Source: a virus. Taken from it: a stretch of DNA of 64,000 bases. Both the position numbers and the translations under genes were made by a program. The notes under the pieces were generated by a model, which saw nothing but the letters and a program-made list of their open reading frames with translations, was not told the origin of the DNA and searched no databases. Shown in pieces: positions 49,916-59,244 of this stretch. The stretch is from positions 6,124 through 70,123 of IMG/VR virus record IMGVR_UViG_3300025131_008477. One strand, 5' to 3'. How positions within the stretch are numbered: the first letter of the stretch is position 1; each line of letters starts with the position of its first letter.

Positions 49916-50493
49916 TAGGCAGGAGCCATCTCCCAATCACCACTTTCTACAAGAGGTTGAGCCTTCTTCCATTTAAGTTCTTTGGTTTCTTTACCATCTG
50001 TGATTGTAACTCTTTCATTACGACCAATCTTTTCGGGTACACGAACTGGTTGTGCTATTACAGCTCTATCAAACATTGTAATACCATCTAAGTGATCTAT
50101 CTCGTGTTGAACACAAGCACATTCAAAAGCATCATTAATATCTTTACTATCTGCTGAAAATACCATTTTACCTTCATGATTATCTGTTTCAACTGTAACT
50201 GATATGTGTCTTCCAGTTCTAACATATTTTTTAGGGAAAGATAAACATCCTTCAGAAAACATAAATTGTTCTTCGGATCGTTCTACTATTCTTGGATTAA
50301 TTAAAACTAGAGGTTCTTTAACATTAATAACACAAACTCGTTTGTTGATACCAATCTGATTTGCTGCTAATCCAATACCATTTTCAGATTCGGTTAGTTC
50401 TTTGAGTAGTTGTGCTCCAATCTCTTCACCTTCTTTTATTGTTTTAACTTCTTCACATAATATTTTTAGTTTTGTTTCTTCAGTTATTATCAT
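49915..50493 (-). CDS. def: Peptide deformylase with a C-terminal extension
   Basis: GIGLAANQIG, EGCLS and QHEIDHLDG. Confidence 0.93.
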   Translation of the reverse strand: MIITEETKLKILCEEVKTIKEGEEIGAQLLKELTESENGIGLAANQIGINKRVCVINVKEPLVLINPRIVERSEEQFMFSEGCLSFPKKYVRTGRHISVTVETDNHEGKMVFSADSKDINDAFECACVQHEIDHLDGITMFDRAVIAQPVRVPEKIGRNERVTITDGKETKELKWKKAQPLVESGDWEMAPA

Positions 50494-50942
50494 TTATCAA
50501 TTACCTTTTTTATTTTATCCATTAATGTATTAAATGTGCTTACTGCATCATCAAGCTTTTTATCTTTTTTAACTTCTTTACCTAAAAGTTTTTCATCTAT
50601 TAATTCTTTTAACATACCCATAGGTGGTGCTCCTGGACTTATTATCGGTTTACCTTCTTTTGGAATAAACAATAAAGTTGGTAAACTCATAACTCCAAAT
50701 GCAGCGGCTAATTCCATTTCATCCTCAGTATTAACTTTATAGATATCAACTTCACCATCATATTCTGTATACAGTTCTTCTAATATAGGTTCTAATACTC
50801 TACAAGGCCCACACCAAGTAGCATAGAAATCTATCAATACAGGTTTCTTTCCAAGAAATTTTAATTCACCTTCATTTTCATCTACTTTTTTAAGATCATA
50901 TACATTCTCATTAAAGTATTTTGTTGTAACATTTTTTACCAT
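50490..50942 (-). CDS. trxA: Thioredoxin
   Basis: LIDFYATWCGPC and SLPTL. Start reassigned to MVKNV at 50942 (GAGG SD). Confidence 0.88.
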   Translation of the reverse strand: MVKNVTTKYFNENVYDLKKVDENEGELKFLGKKPVLIDFYATWCGPCRVLEPILEELYTEYDGEVDIYKVNTEDEMELAAAFGVMSLPTLLFIPKEGKPIISPGAPPMGMLKELIDEKLLGKEVKKDKKLDDAVSTFNTLMDKIKKVIDK

Positions 50943-50943
50943 T

Positions 50944-51174
50944 TTATAATCCTCTCTTAACTGGAATATCTTCTTGAGTTGGTTTACATCCACAATTCTT
51001 TATGAACTCTTTCATATTAGGATCATTTACAGCTGCTTCATAATCGGTAAAAGTAACTATATGATGATCACACATATGTTGAACAAGTGCTTCTGCTATC
51101 ACCTTACGAGCTGCTACACTGTGTAAGTTAGCATCTGTATAATTTTCTAGTACATGCATAAAATCGTCTATCAT
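50944..51174 (-). CDS. Hypothetical protein (76 aa, MIDDF...)
   Basis: ATGA overlap with the upstream stop. Confidence 0.55.
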   Translation of the reverse strand: MIDDFMHVLENYTDANLHSVAARKVIAEALVQHMCDHHIVTFTDYEAAVNDPNMKEFIKNCGCKPTQEDIPVKRGL

Positions 51175-51590
51175 TTTTTTGCCCCCCGTTTGGCCTTTTT
51201 TCGTTTCTTCCATTTGTTTAATTCTTTATATAATTTTTCATCCGCTGTTAACTTCTTCCTTTTCTTTAGTGGTTTCACTTTAGTAGGTTTAAGAGTACCC
51301 TTTAATTCAGGTTGTTCTTTACCTTTGTGAAATACATTACCATCTTTATCAACAAACTCTGCCATCCAATGCCACCCAGCAGGACGACCTGTTTTCTTTT
51401 GTTTCTTCCAAGATGGATAGAAATCTTCTAACGTCATTTGAGATGTAGTAATTCTTGTAACACATCTAGAACAAGTAACGGCAACAGCATCTTCGCTGGT
51501 CTGAATATATTCAGATTGACAATGTTTACACTGCATATATCGCTTTCCGTCTTCGTAGAAACTTATATATTCTTTGTTCTTTTTTACCAT
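51171..51590 (-). CDS. Zinc-ribbon basic hypothetical protein (139 aa)
   Basis: CKHC...CSRC and GRPAGWHWM.EFVD..GNVFHKG; Lys-rich tail; sigma70-type promoter upstream. Confidence 0.7.
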   Translation of the reverse strand: MVKKNKEYISFYEDGKRYMQCKHCQSEYIQTSEDAVAVTCSRCVTRITTSQMTLEDFYPSWKKQKKTGRPAGWHWMAEFVDKDGNVFHKGKEQPELKGTLKPTKVKPLKKRKKLTADEKLYKELNKWKKRKKAKRGAKK

Positions 51591-51651
51591 ATATGTATCT
51601 CACTTTATAATATACTACATTATATACATATATACCAAGCTTTATTTTTTA

Positions 51652-51900
51652 TTAATTTATTTTTTGGGGAGAATAAAACCGTTTTCCTATTTTAGATTTA
51701 TCTACAAACATACCACCAAGTGTACTGTCATAATAAACATAATGATAATGATCTACTTTACAATATTTTGGGCATTGATATTTCTTATAAACAGTTACAA
51801 TTCTGTTTTCATAGTAGTATTCTTTTGGTTTTGTCTTTTCATTAACAAGTCCAATTAAAATTGCTACTCCTAATACTATTAATGTTTCTGTTATACCCAA
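51652..51900 (-). CDS. Small membrane-anchored hypothetical protein (82 aa)
   Basis: N-terminal hydrophobic helix and CPKYC..DH.H motif. Confidence 0.55.
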   Translation of the reverse strand: MGITETLIVLGVAILIGLVNEKTKPKEYYYENRIVTVYKKYQCPKYCKVDHYHYVYYDSTLGGMFVDKSKIGKRFYSPQKIN

Positions 51901-52256
51901 CCTTCATTCTCTACCCCCGCTGTTTTTCTTGGTGCCTTTACATGTATTGTATTTTCTTTTAATCTCTTTTTAACTAAATGAAAATTTCTTAACAACTGGC
52001 AACCTAATCTTATCTTAGATGTACTTTGTAAATCAAAAAAACCGCTCTGTGGTAGAACGGCATCCATATATCTACATAATTGTTGGCGACTCATTCTATG
52101 TAAATCACCATCTATACCTACACCTAATATTTCACTGTCATCTGGATACTCCACATACTTTTCAATCGAAATATAAATATACCCGAACATATCCAGGATG
52201 AATCTTAATAAACGCTGTCTCATTTCCATGACCCTTCTTCTCCCATAACTTGTCAA
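51891..52256 (-). CDS. Hypothetical protein; true start probably downstream (MEMRQ)
   Basis: Fills the gap between neighbours but overlaps the upstream gene. Confidence 0.45.
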   Translation of the reverse strand: MTSYGRRRVMEMRQRLLRFILDMFGYIYISIEKYVEYPDDSEILGVGIDGDLHRMSRQQLCRYMDAVLPQSGFFDLQSTSKIRLGCQLLRNFHLVKKRLKENTIHVKAPRKTAGVENEGWV

Positions 52257-52623
52257 TCAGATAAGCTGAACCTACACCGATTGCATTATACACAATATCA
52301 TTCTTGGAAAACCCATCACCACCCCAAGAACCATATTGTTCCCAAGGTACAAATGCATCTATCCCTTCTTTTAATAACCCCAACCCTACTGTAGTTTTTA
52401 TTGCATGTGTTGGTGTCATTCCTTTACTTGTAAATAAATAGTATAAACCAAAACTTCCTACACCATGAACTTGTTTATCTTCGGTTGGTTGAAGAGTATC
52501 TTCTGCCCATCTCCATTTACCAATTTCGGGTTCCTGTCCAAAAGAAAACGCAATTACTGTTCCTGCAATAATACATCCCATTATAACTACGAGTAACCAT
52601 TCTCCTATCTTTTTGAGTTTCAT
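52162..52623 (-). CDS. YfiM/DUF2279-like membrane protein
   Basis: DKQVH...GLLKE..D...GFS.ND...N..G pattern after a signal-like N-terminus. Confidence 0.6.
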   Translation of the reverse strand: MKLKKIGEWLLVVIMGCIIAGTVIAFSFGQEPEIGKWRWAEDTLQPTEDKQVHGVGSFGLYYLFTSKGMTPTHAIKTTVGLGLLKEGIDAFVPWEQYGSWGGDGFSKNDIVYNAIGVGSAYLIDKLWEKKGHGNETAFIKIHPGYVRVYLYFD

Positions 52624-52642
52624 TGTTCATTCCTTGCCCCCG

Positions 52643-52795
52643 CTAGTTATCATTCTTTTTTTTAATTATATTCGCTTCAACTACTGGAAGATGTGTACGA
52701 AGTATCTCTTCCAACACTCGTACTTGTTTCTTTAACTCCTGATTTTCTCTCAGAGTTTTAGTGTATAAGTATAGCCAATCTACTTCGCTCTTCAT
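52643..52795 (-). CDS. Small coiled-coil protein (50 aa, MKSEVDWLYLY...), absent from the ORF track
   Basis: ATG 2 nt after the protease stop; open for 51 codons and fills the intergenic gap. Confidence 0.55.
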   Translation of the reverse strand: MKSEVDWLYLYTKTLRENQELKKQVRVLEEILRTHLPVVEANIIKKKNDN

Positions 52796-52797
52796 CA

Positions 52798-53637
52798 CTA
52801 TTCATCATCTTCATCTTTATCTTTATCTTCGGGCTTCTGTTTTGCTTTACGAGCCTTTTTACATTCATCTATTGAAATTGAATCATCATAAATAAACTGA
52901 TAATCATTATCTTCAAGCAATTGATAAACTCTATCAATAGGAATAAAATATCCCATGTGAGTTATAGCATCTGCTGAGAATCCCATAGGTTGAATTGATA
53001 TTCTTGATGGTATTCCAATGTATTCATATTTCTTACGATTGGATGACCAACGATATACCGCGCCACCAGAGTTACCAAAGATAGTAGGAGCTGATGACAT
53101 CCAATATTTGTAATGGTCAATCTCATCATCCATATATGTAATCATCCCATTGGATGCTACAGGCGGGTGACCTAATGATGCACCTACTGCAAAACAATCA
53201 TCAAAGATATGTACATTCTCTATATCATTAAGTGGAAACATATTAGCTACCCAATCTGCTTTGTTCTCTGTATCTCTCATTCGTAGTAATGCCCAATCTT
53301 GACCACCATCCACTTCTGAGTAAGCAACTATATCTGCTTCTACTGCGAATGAACCTACTGTGTGAGAATAGTTGTTATACTTAAAGTACTCAACATATAC
53401 AGTATCTAATATTTCCTTATCGACTTTGCGTTTAAGAACTGGATCCCATCTCTTCTCAATGTGAACACTGTCATCAATGACGTGTTGATTTGTAATGATG
53501 TAAGTATAAACCTCATCCTTATATTCTTCTGAATATACTACAGTACCGCTACCACCAGCTTTTTTAGTTCTGACTCTAACGGTTGGATAAAACATTTGTT
53601 CGTGCTGTTGTATTATTTGCTTACTTGCTTTTGCCAT
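52798..53637 (-). CDS. Trypsin-like (S1) serine protease without signal peptide
   Basis: GSG, ITNQHV (His), DWALL (Asp) and GNSGG (Ser). Confidence 0.88.
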   Translation of the reverse strand: MAKASKQIIQQHEQMFYPTVRVRTKKAGGSGTVVYSEEYKDEVYTYIITNQHVIDDSVHIEKRWDPVLKRKVDKEILDTVYVEYFKYNNYSHTVGSFAVEADIVAYSEVDGGQDWALLRMRDTENKADWVANMFPLNDIENVHIFDDCFAVGASLGHPPVASNGMITYMDDEIDHYKYWMSSAPTIFGNSGGAVYRWSSNRKKYEYIGIPSRISIQPMGFSADAITHMGYFIPIDRVYQLLEDNDYQFIYDDSISIDECKKARKAKQKPEDKDKDEDDE

Positions 53638-53655
53638 TGTACTAACCTCCCGTTG

Positions 53656-54048
53656 TTATTTTTTTTTAATTTCCGTACTACCTTGACTTCTGAGATAGTC
53701 TTCTAAGTTTTTAAACTCTTCATCCAATGCATCCAAGAATGGATCTTTTGGTGTATGAGCTACCCAATCACCACCATTTGGAAATGCTATATAAATTACT
53801 TCACCAGTTTCCAAATCTTTTACTACTATGTAGATATACATACCATCTGAAAATGCCTGTCCTTTTGTCATATCTAATTTTACAATTTTACCACTATCCG
53901 GTTCAAACGATGAAACCTTATACCATATATTAGTAGTCTCTTCACATACACACTCTGGTGTTGTCACTTGTGAGAAGACCAAACCAATATAAAATAAAAG
54001 TAAACCTATTGTAGACTTTTTTAAAACTGAATACAGATTTATCTTCAC
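53656..54048 (-). CDS. Hypothetical secreted protein (130 aa)
   Basis: GTG start with AGGAG SD, signal-like helix, late motif at 54064. Confidence 0.6.
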   Translation of the reverse strand: MKINLYSVLKKSTIGLLLFYIGLVFSQVTTPECVCEETTNIWYKVSSFEPDSGKIVKLDMTKGQAFSDGMYIYIVVKDLETGEVIYIAFPNGGDWVAHTPKDPFLDALDEEFKNLEDYLRSQGSTEIKKK

Positions 54049-54083
54049 TTGTCTTCTCCTATATATAAATATATAATTTATGT

Positions 54084-54213
54084 AAAAAATAACTCCCGAA
54101 AATCTACTGTTAAGTTGAAGCCGCGGGAATAACTTCTATTTAACGATTCTCGGGAGTATTATATTTTCCTACCCAAATCTTATGTTGTAAGAATTCCCTT
54201 ATTCCGGCTTCTC
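54084..54213 (-). ncRNA. Candidate standalone structured small RNA (~130 nt) with pseudoknot and terminator-like end
   Basis: Promoter motif immediately 5'. Long stem ACTCCCGAGAATC/GATTTTCGGGAGT then a T tract. 5' GAAGCCG-GAATAA is complementary to TTATTC-CCG-CGGCTTC at the hairpin tip. Confidence 0.55.
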
Positions 54214-54275
54214 TATAAATAAATATACATCATATTTAGAAAACGATAATAATATATTATAGATGTGAGTAGAAA

Positions 54276-54414
54276 CACAAAAAGGTTATATGTATATCAA
54301 TATATATAACCTTTGTGATGTGGGTAATATTTTTACCCAATGTAACCTATTTTATTTTGATGAGCAGTGTTACATCAAAATTTATGATAGTGATTGAGAT
54401 TGAATCTCAATTAC
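54276..54414. repeat. Cluster of four inverted repeats downstream of dnaK
   Basis: Inverted repeats at 54276-54317, 54321-54339, 54355-54380 and 54390-54414. Confidence 0.65.
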
Positions 54415-54416
54415 AT

Positions 54417-56282
54417 TTAGACTTCCTCGAACTCTGCTTCTTCAACATCACCCGTATCGGATTGTGGTTCTTGTGGTTCGTTAGTCTGGTACATCTTCTG
54501 ACTTATTTCCATCATGACATTATTTAATTCGTCTAATCTATCCTTGATAGTTTGAATATCTGTACCTTTGTTATCTTCTTCAAGATTAGAAACTACATCC
54601 TCAATGGATTGTTTTTCTTCACTTGAAATCTTACCACCGAACTCACCTTCGAGTTGTTCTCGTGTTTGGTGAATGATTTGGTCTGCCTGATTATGAGTAT
54701 TAACTTGTTCAAGTTTTTCTTCATCTTCCTTAGCATGAGCCTCAGCATCAGTTCTCATTTTATCAATATCATCTTGACTTAAACCACTTGAAGCTTCAAT
54801 CCTAATTGATTGTTCTTTACCAGTAGTCTTATCTTTAGCTGATACATTTAATATACCATTAGCATCAATATCAAATGTTACTTCGATTTGTGGTTGACCT
54901 TTTGGTGCGGGTGAGATTCCATCCAAGTGAAACTTACCAAGAGATTTATTTCCATCCACAATTTTACGTTCACCCTGTAGTACGTGTATCTCTACCGAGG
55001 GTTGGTTGTTAGCTGCTGTTGAAAAGATTTGAGATTTCTTTGCAGGTATTGTAGTGTTAGCTGTAATTATTGGTGTAGCAACTCTTCCCATTGTTTCAAT
55101 TCCTAATGTGAGAGGTGTCACATCAAGCAGTAACACATCATCTACATCACCACTCAATACACCACCCTGAATAGCAGCGCCCATAGATACTACCTCATCT
55201 GGATTTACATTCTTGTTAGGGTCTTTTCCAAATACATATCTTACCATCTCTGATACTTTTGGGATACGAGTTGAACCACCAACAAGAATTATCTCATCAA
55301 TCTCAGTTGGTTTCTTATTAGCATCATTCAAAGCTTTTTTACAAGGTTCAATAGTTCTCTTCAAAAGTTTATCTATAAGAGTTTCAAACTTAGCCCTTGT
55401 TAACGATAAGTTAAGATGTTGAGGACCATTACTATCCGCAGTAATAAAAGGTAAGTTAATGTTAGTACTCTTAGCTGAAGATAATTCACATTTAGCTTTC
55501 TCACCTTCTTCTCTTAACCTCTGTAATGCCATTGGGTCTTTACTTAAATCAATTCCATTTGATTTCTTAAACTCTGATACCATCCAATCAATAAGTGCTT
55601 GGTCAACATCATCACCACCCAGATGTGTATCACCATTAGTCGATAGAACCTCAAAGACACCATCACCCAATTCTAAAATGGAAACATCAAATGTTCCACC
55701 ACCGAAATCATATACTGCTATAACTTTACTCTCGTCTTTTTTATCAAGACCATACGCAAGTGCCGCGGCCGTTGGTTCGTTGATTATTCGTTTTACATTT
55801 AATCCAGCTATTGCTCCAGCATCTTTAGTAGCTTGTCTCTGTGAGTCATTGAAGTAAGCAGGTACTGTAATCACAGCATCTGTTACCTCACTACCAAGAT
55901 ATGCTTCAGCATCTTTTTTAATTTTCTGTAATACGAATGCTCCAAATTCAGGTGGGGTATAATCCTTACCACCCAAAGAAATCTTTACTTCACCCTTACT
56001 ACCTTGTATTATTTTGTAAGGTACTTCTTTTATTTCATTTGATACCTCACTAAACTTTCTACCCATAAATCTCTTTGATGAGAATACTGTATTTTCCGGA
56101 TTGGTTACTGCTTGTCTTTTTGCAGGCTCACCAACTAATTTCTCATCACCCTTTGCAAATGCGATAACTGAAGGGGTGGTTCTACTACCCTCACTATTCG
56201 TGATGACAGTAGCTTCACCACCTTCGATTACGGAGACACATGAGTTTGTTGTTCCTAAATCTATTCCAATTGTTTTTGCCAT
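54417..56282 (-). CDS. dnaK: Molecular chaperone DnaK (Hsp70)
   Basis: [57 protein letters not shown] and [13 protein letters not shown]. Confidence 0.97.
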   Translation of the reverse strand: MAKTIGIDLGTTNSCVSVIEGGEATVITNSEGSRTTPSVIAFAKGDEKLVGEPAKRQAVTNPENTVFSSKRFMGRKFSEVSNEIKEVPYKIIQGSKGEVKISLGGKDYTPPEFGAFVLQKIKKDAEAYLGSEVTDAVITVPAYFNDSQRQATKDAGAIAGLNVKRIINEPTAAALAYGLDKKDESKVIAVYDFGGGTFDVSILELGDGVFEVLSTNGDTHLGGDDVDQALIDWMVSEFKKSNGIDLSKDPMALQRLREEGEKAKCELSSAKSTNINLPFITADSNGPQHLNLSLTRAKFETLIDKLLKRTIEPCKKALNDANKKPTEIDEIILVGGSTRIPKVSEMVRYVFGKDPNKNVNPDEVVSMGAAIQGGVLSGDVDDVLLLDVTPLTLGIETMGRVATPIITANTTIPAKKSQIFSTAANNQPSVEIHVLQGERKIVDGNKSLGKFHLDGISPAPKGQPQIEVTFDIDANGILNVSAKDKTTGKEQSIRIEASSGLSQDDIDKMRTDAEAHAKEDEEKLEQVNTHNQADQIIHQTREQLEGEFGGKISSEEKQSIEDVVSNLEEDNKGTDIQTIKDRLDELNNVMMEISQKMYQTNEPQEPQSDTGDVEEAEFEEV

Positions 56283-56346
56283 TTCTAACTCCTGTTAATT
56301 TTGATTAATTATTTACACTATATATATTACAATAACCATACCAAAC

Positions 56347-56913
56347 CTATTTTCCGAAGCAAACATACATTAAGTCTGACAATCTGTCAATAGTAATATA
56401 TTTTTTCTGACTTTTTGTATTCCAAGTCTGACGATAACAGATAGGAACACCATTGTTAATAGATTGTTTTTTAAATCTACTGAGCTTCCTTGGGGAATCA
56501 TCTACCAACACATCTACATCAACTGACCATTTCTTATGAGTGTAATGTATTTCATCAAAAACAAATCCCCATCTCTGTAACCATTGGGTTGTGAGGTCTC
56601 TACAATTTTCTCTTTGAGCGGAAACTAAAATAAGTTCGTGTCCGTGATTCTTTGCCCACTCTTTTAGAACTGGCCAATCTGTTAATGAGGTTTCAATAAC
56701 ATTAGCTTCAGGACCAAATAGTTCCTCAAAGTATTCATCAAAAACATATTTTTCAGTTTCCCCATCAGTCCAAAATGGAAGCCACTCTTCCCAGTCCCAA
56801 CTAGTAGGGATACCAATCTTATCAGCGTGTTCTGGGTAAACTTCTTTTATTTTATTTATAAGGTCAGGAATAAAATCTCTTAATACTCCATCGCAATCTA
56901 TTCCTATTCTCAT
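56347..56913 (-). CDS. HAD-family 5'(3')-deoxyribonucleotidase-like protein
   Basis: IGIDCDGVLRD, LVSA, K, LVDDSP and WN motifs. Confidence 0.82.
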   Translation of the reverse strand: MRIGIDCDGVLRDFIPDLINKIKEVYPEHADKIGIPTSWDWEEWLPFWTDGETEKYVFDEYFEELFGPEANVIETSLTDWPVLKEWAKNHGHELILVSAQRENCRDLTTQWLQRWGFVFDEIHYTHKKWSVDVDVLVDDSPRKLSRFKKQSINNGVPICYRQTWNTKSQKKYITIDRLSDLMYVCFGK

Positions 56914-56937
56914 TTGTAACCTTTATTTAATTGTGAG

Positions 56938-57019
56938 GAGAGTGCCCGGAGGGACTGGTGGTTGAGCAGTTAATCTAGTCCGAAGACTCCAGACAACCCC
57001 AAGTATGCGGGCGACTCTC
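56938..57019 (-). ncRNA. Candidate GC-rich long hairpin RNA with cUUCGg tetraloop
   Basis: GAGAGT.GCCCG/CGGGCACTCTC closing stem, TGG-GGTTG/CAACC-A-CCA middle stem, apical AGTC-TTCG-GACT. Confidence 0.5.
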
Positions 57020-57023
57020 TATT

Positions 57024-59237
57024 TTATTTTTCCAAGAATTTTTTGTTCATTGTTTTTGCAACTTCCATCATATTGGTAGCGTTGATGAAAGAAGCATCAT
57101 TACCATACATATTTTTGAAAGCTCTATTTTCATCATCATAATCATGTTTACCACTAATAAAGTAACTCAATACATTAATACCTTTAGCTCTCATATTGTT
57201 AACCATCTTCGCCGTATGTCTTTCAGCACTTTCACCAGAATAATTAATTTCAGAGTTACCATAGTAAGGTTGACCATCGGAGTAATTTACAAAGTAACTA
57301 TCCTGATTATTATTACCAGGAATTAATTCTTTTTCAATAGCTTCGAAACACAAACCTTCTGGTGTAGTTCCATCAACATCAAGTGCGGTAAAAAGAGTTT
57401 TAACTTTAGTTAACTTATCAGTTCTTGAATCATACACAACCATAATCATTGGAACATCATTATAATGACGACCGTGTGTAGCTCTGATTGAAACAACCAC
57501 ATCAATGTTACCAGCCATATCACAAGCTTTAATCATTGCAACTGCTGATGTCATAGCTTTGTTCCATTTGTCACCAGACATTGAACCAGAAGCATCAACT
57601 GAAATATGAAGATAAGCTTTGTTAAATCTTTCAACAAAGGTTTGACTAAACACATTAGAATTTCCAAAACCTAATTCAGACAACAATCTCTTATCAATCT
57701 TACCAGAATCTTTCCGAGAATATTTAAGAGAAGATTCTTCACCTCTAACTTGAAGTTTTCTTCCTAACATAGTTCCTAATCTTAAACCTTCTTCAACAAA
57801 GTTGTAAGAACTTCCGTAACGATTTGTATCATTATAATTTTTTTGTCTCCAAGAAGTAGCACAACCAAAGATATTAGAATCAATTAAACCTTGAGTAAGT
57901 TTCCGAACAACCAAACACTTTGTTCCTTTACCAAAAGAATTATAATCCCAACGATTAGTTTGGATACCATCACCAACATTCTCATAAGAAGCACCACTCT
58001 CTTCAATCGCTTTAACAGAGTTATTATCTTTTTTAGAAAGTTTGGTTTTATTAATATTACCATCAACAAAATCTTTTTGTTTTTCAAAAGCTTTTCTTAA
58101 TTGTTCTTTTTGTCTATCTGAAAGTTCAACAGGAGTAGAACCATCATCATTAGAAGAACCATTACCACCCATCCCAACAGGAGCCTCAACAGATTTTCCA
58201 CCACCTGAACCAGAACCATCACTACTATCTTCACCATTTTCAACTGAATCAAGAAGTGAATCAAATTCTTCATCACTCAAAGTGTTATCATCAGAACCAC
58301 CATTACCACCACCATCAGAATTACCATCATCACCTTCACCATCAAGACCACTCATACCATCAGTATTAGTATCTGAATTTCCTTCAACTTTAACTTTATC
58401 AATTGAATTAAGAACAACTCTACTAACTTCAAGTGCCACATTAAGAGCCATTCTCGTATCTTCTAACCGAGATATATTCCACAATTCAACTAAATTATAA
58501 ATTTCTTTAAGACCTTTAAGAGAACCTAACTGTCTATTTTTATTATGAAGGTTAATTATTCTAAACATATAAGAATCAATATCTTCAATTCTCATTTCAG
58601 AACTCAATAAACCTTTATCTACATTCTTTGAATAAAAATACTTATTATACATTGAATGATAATAACCTTTATAACCAGGAGAAGATTTAAATGTATCAGT
58701 ATCAATTCTCCTATCTTCAACATAATTCAGAACTGATTTAACCATCTGAATAACATTATTTCTAGAAACATTTTTGTTATCACCTATAACATAAAGTTCT
58801 TCAGGTATTTCCATTTCTAATTGTTTAAGAAGATTAAAATCAGAAAGTGATATATGAGAACCTTCGTGAAGAGCCAAACCAACAGCTACATCAAAATTCT
58901 TCTCATTAAGGTTAGAACCTATAACAACTTTCTTACCATCAGTAAAAGATTCATCATTATTATTAAATGTAACTGGTATATTCTTACCAGTAACAATATT
59001 AACAAAGTTACCTATGGCTCTTTTATAACCTGATAAAGCAACTATATCTTTACCCTTTGGTTTATCTTCATCAATACCTAAAAATGAATCAACATCATTA
59101 TCAGAAGAAGTATCCCAAAAGGAAGAAAATGATTTAGTCTTATTTTTAGAAGGGCCAGAACGGAAAGTAAAACCCTTATAATCATTTGAATTAAAACTCA
59201 TAAATTTTCCTTTTCTATTATTTATCTCTTTTATCAT
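57024..59237 (-). CDS. HEXXH metallopeptidase-like plus VWA-domain protein (CobT-like MoxR partner)
   Basis: AxTDG-like SFTDG, ALHEGSH, NYVEDRRI, a Gly/Asp/Ser linker, MIDAS DASGSM, TPEG and SDGQP. Confidence 0.8.
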   Translation of the reverse strand: MIKEINNRKGKFMSFNSNDYKGFTFRSGPSKNKTKSFSSFWDTSSDNDVDSFLGIDEDKPKGKDIVALSGYKRAIGNFVNIVTGKNIPVTFNNNDESFTDGKKVVIGSNLNEKNFDVAVGLALHEGSHISLSDFNLLKQLEMEIPEELYVIGDNKNVSRNNVIQMVKSVLNYVEDRRIDTDTFKSSPGYKGYYHSMYNKYFYSKNVDKGLLSSEMRIEDIDSYMFRIINLHNKNRQLGSLKGLKEIYNLVELWNISRLEDTRMALNVALEVSRVVLNSIDKVKVEGNSDTNTDGMSGLDGEGDDGNSDGGGNGGSDDNTLSDEEFDSLLDSVENGEDSSDGSGSGGGKSVEAPVGMGGNGSSNDDGSTPVELSDRQKEQLRKAFEKQKDFVDGNINKTKLSKKDNNSVKAIEESGASYENVGDGIQTNRWDYNSFGKGTKCLVVRKLTQGLIDSNIFGCATSWRQKNYNDTNRYGSSYNFVEEGLRLGTMLGRKLQVRGEESSLKYSRKDSGKIDKRLLSELGFGNSNVFSQTFVERFNKAYLHISVDASGSMSGDKWNKAMTSAVAMIKACDMAGNIDVVVSIRATHGRHYNDVPMIMVVYDSRTDKLTKVKTLFTALDVDGTTPEGLCFEAIEKELIPGNNNQDSYFVNYSDGQPYYGNSEINYSGESAERHTAKMVNNMRAKGINVLSYFISGKHDYDDENRAFKNMYGNDASFINATNMMEVAKTMNKKFLEK

Positions 59238-59244
59238 CTATGTA

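Noticed and set aside
42566-56913. Cellular (bacterial) origin because of dnaK, def, guaB, trxA and ssrA
   Set aside because: These genes are co-oriented and interleaved with phage hypotheticals, share the phage promoter motifs, lack their usual bacterial operon partners and adjoin a baseplate module.
56938-57019. tRNA-Sec, SRP RNA or hammerhead ribozyme
   Set aside because: No UCA anticodon arm or T loop, no SRP GGAA/CAGG-AGCA motif, and no CUGANGA/GAAA core. Kept only as an unknown structure.
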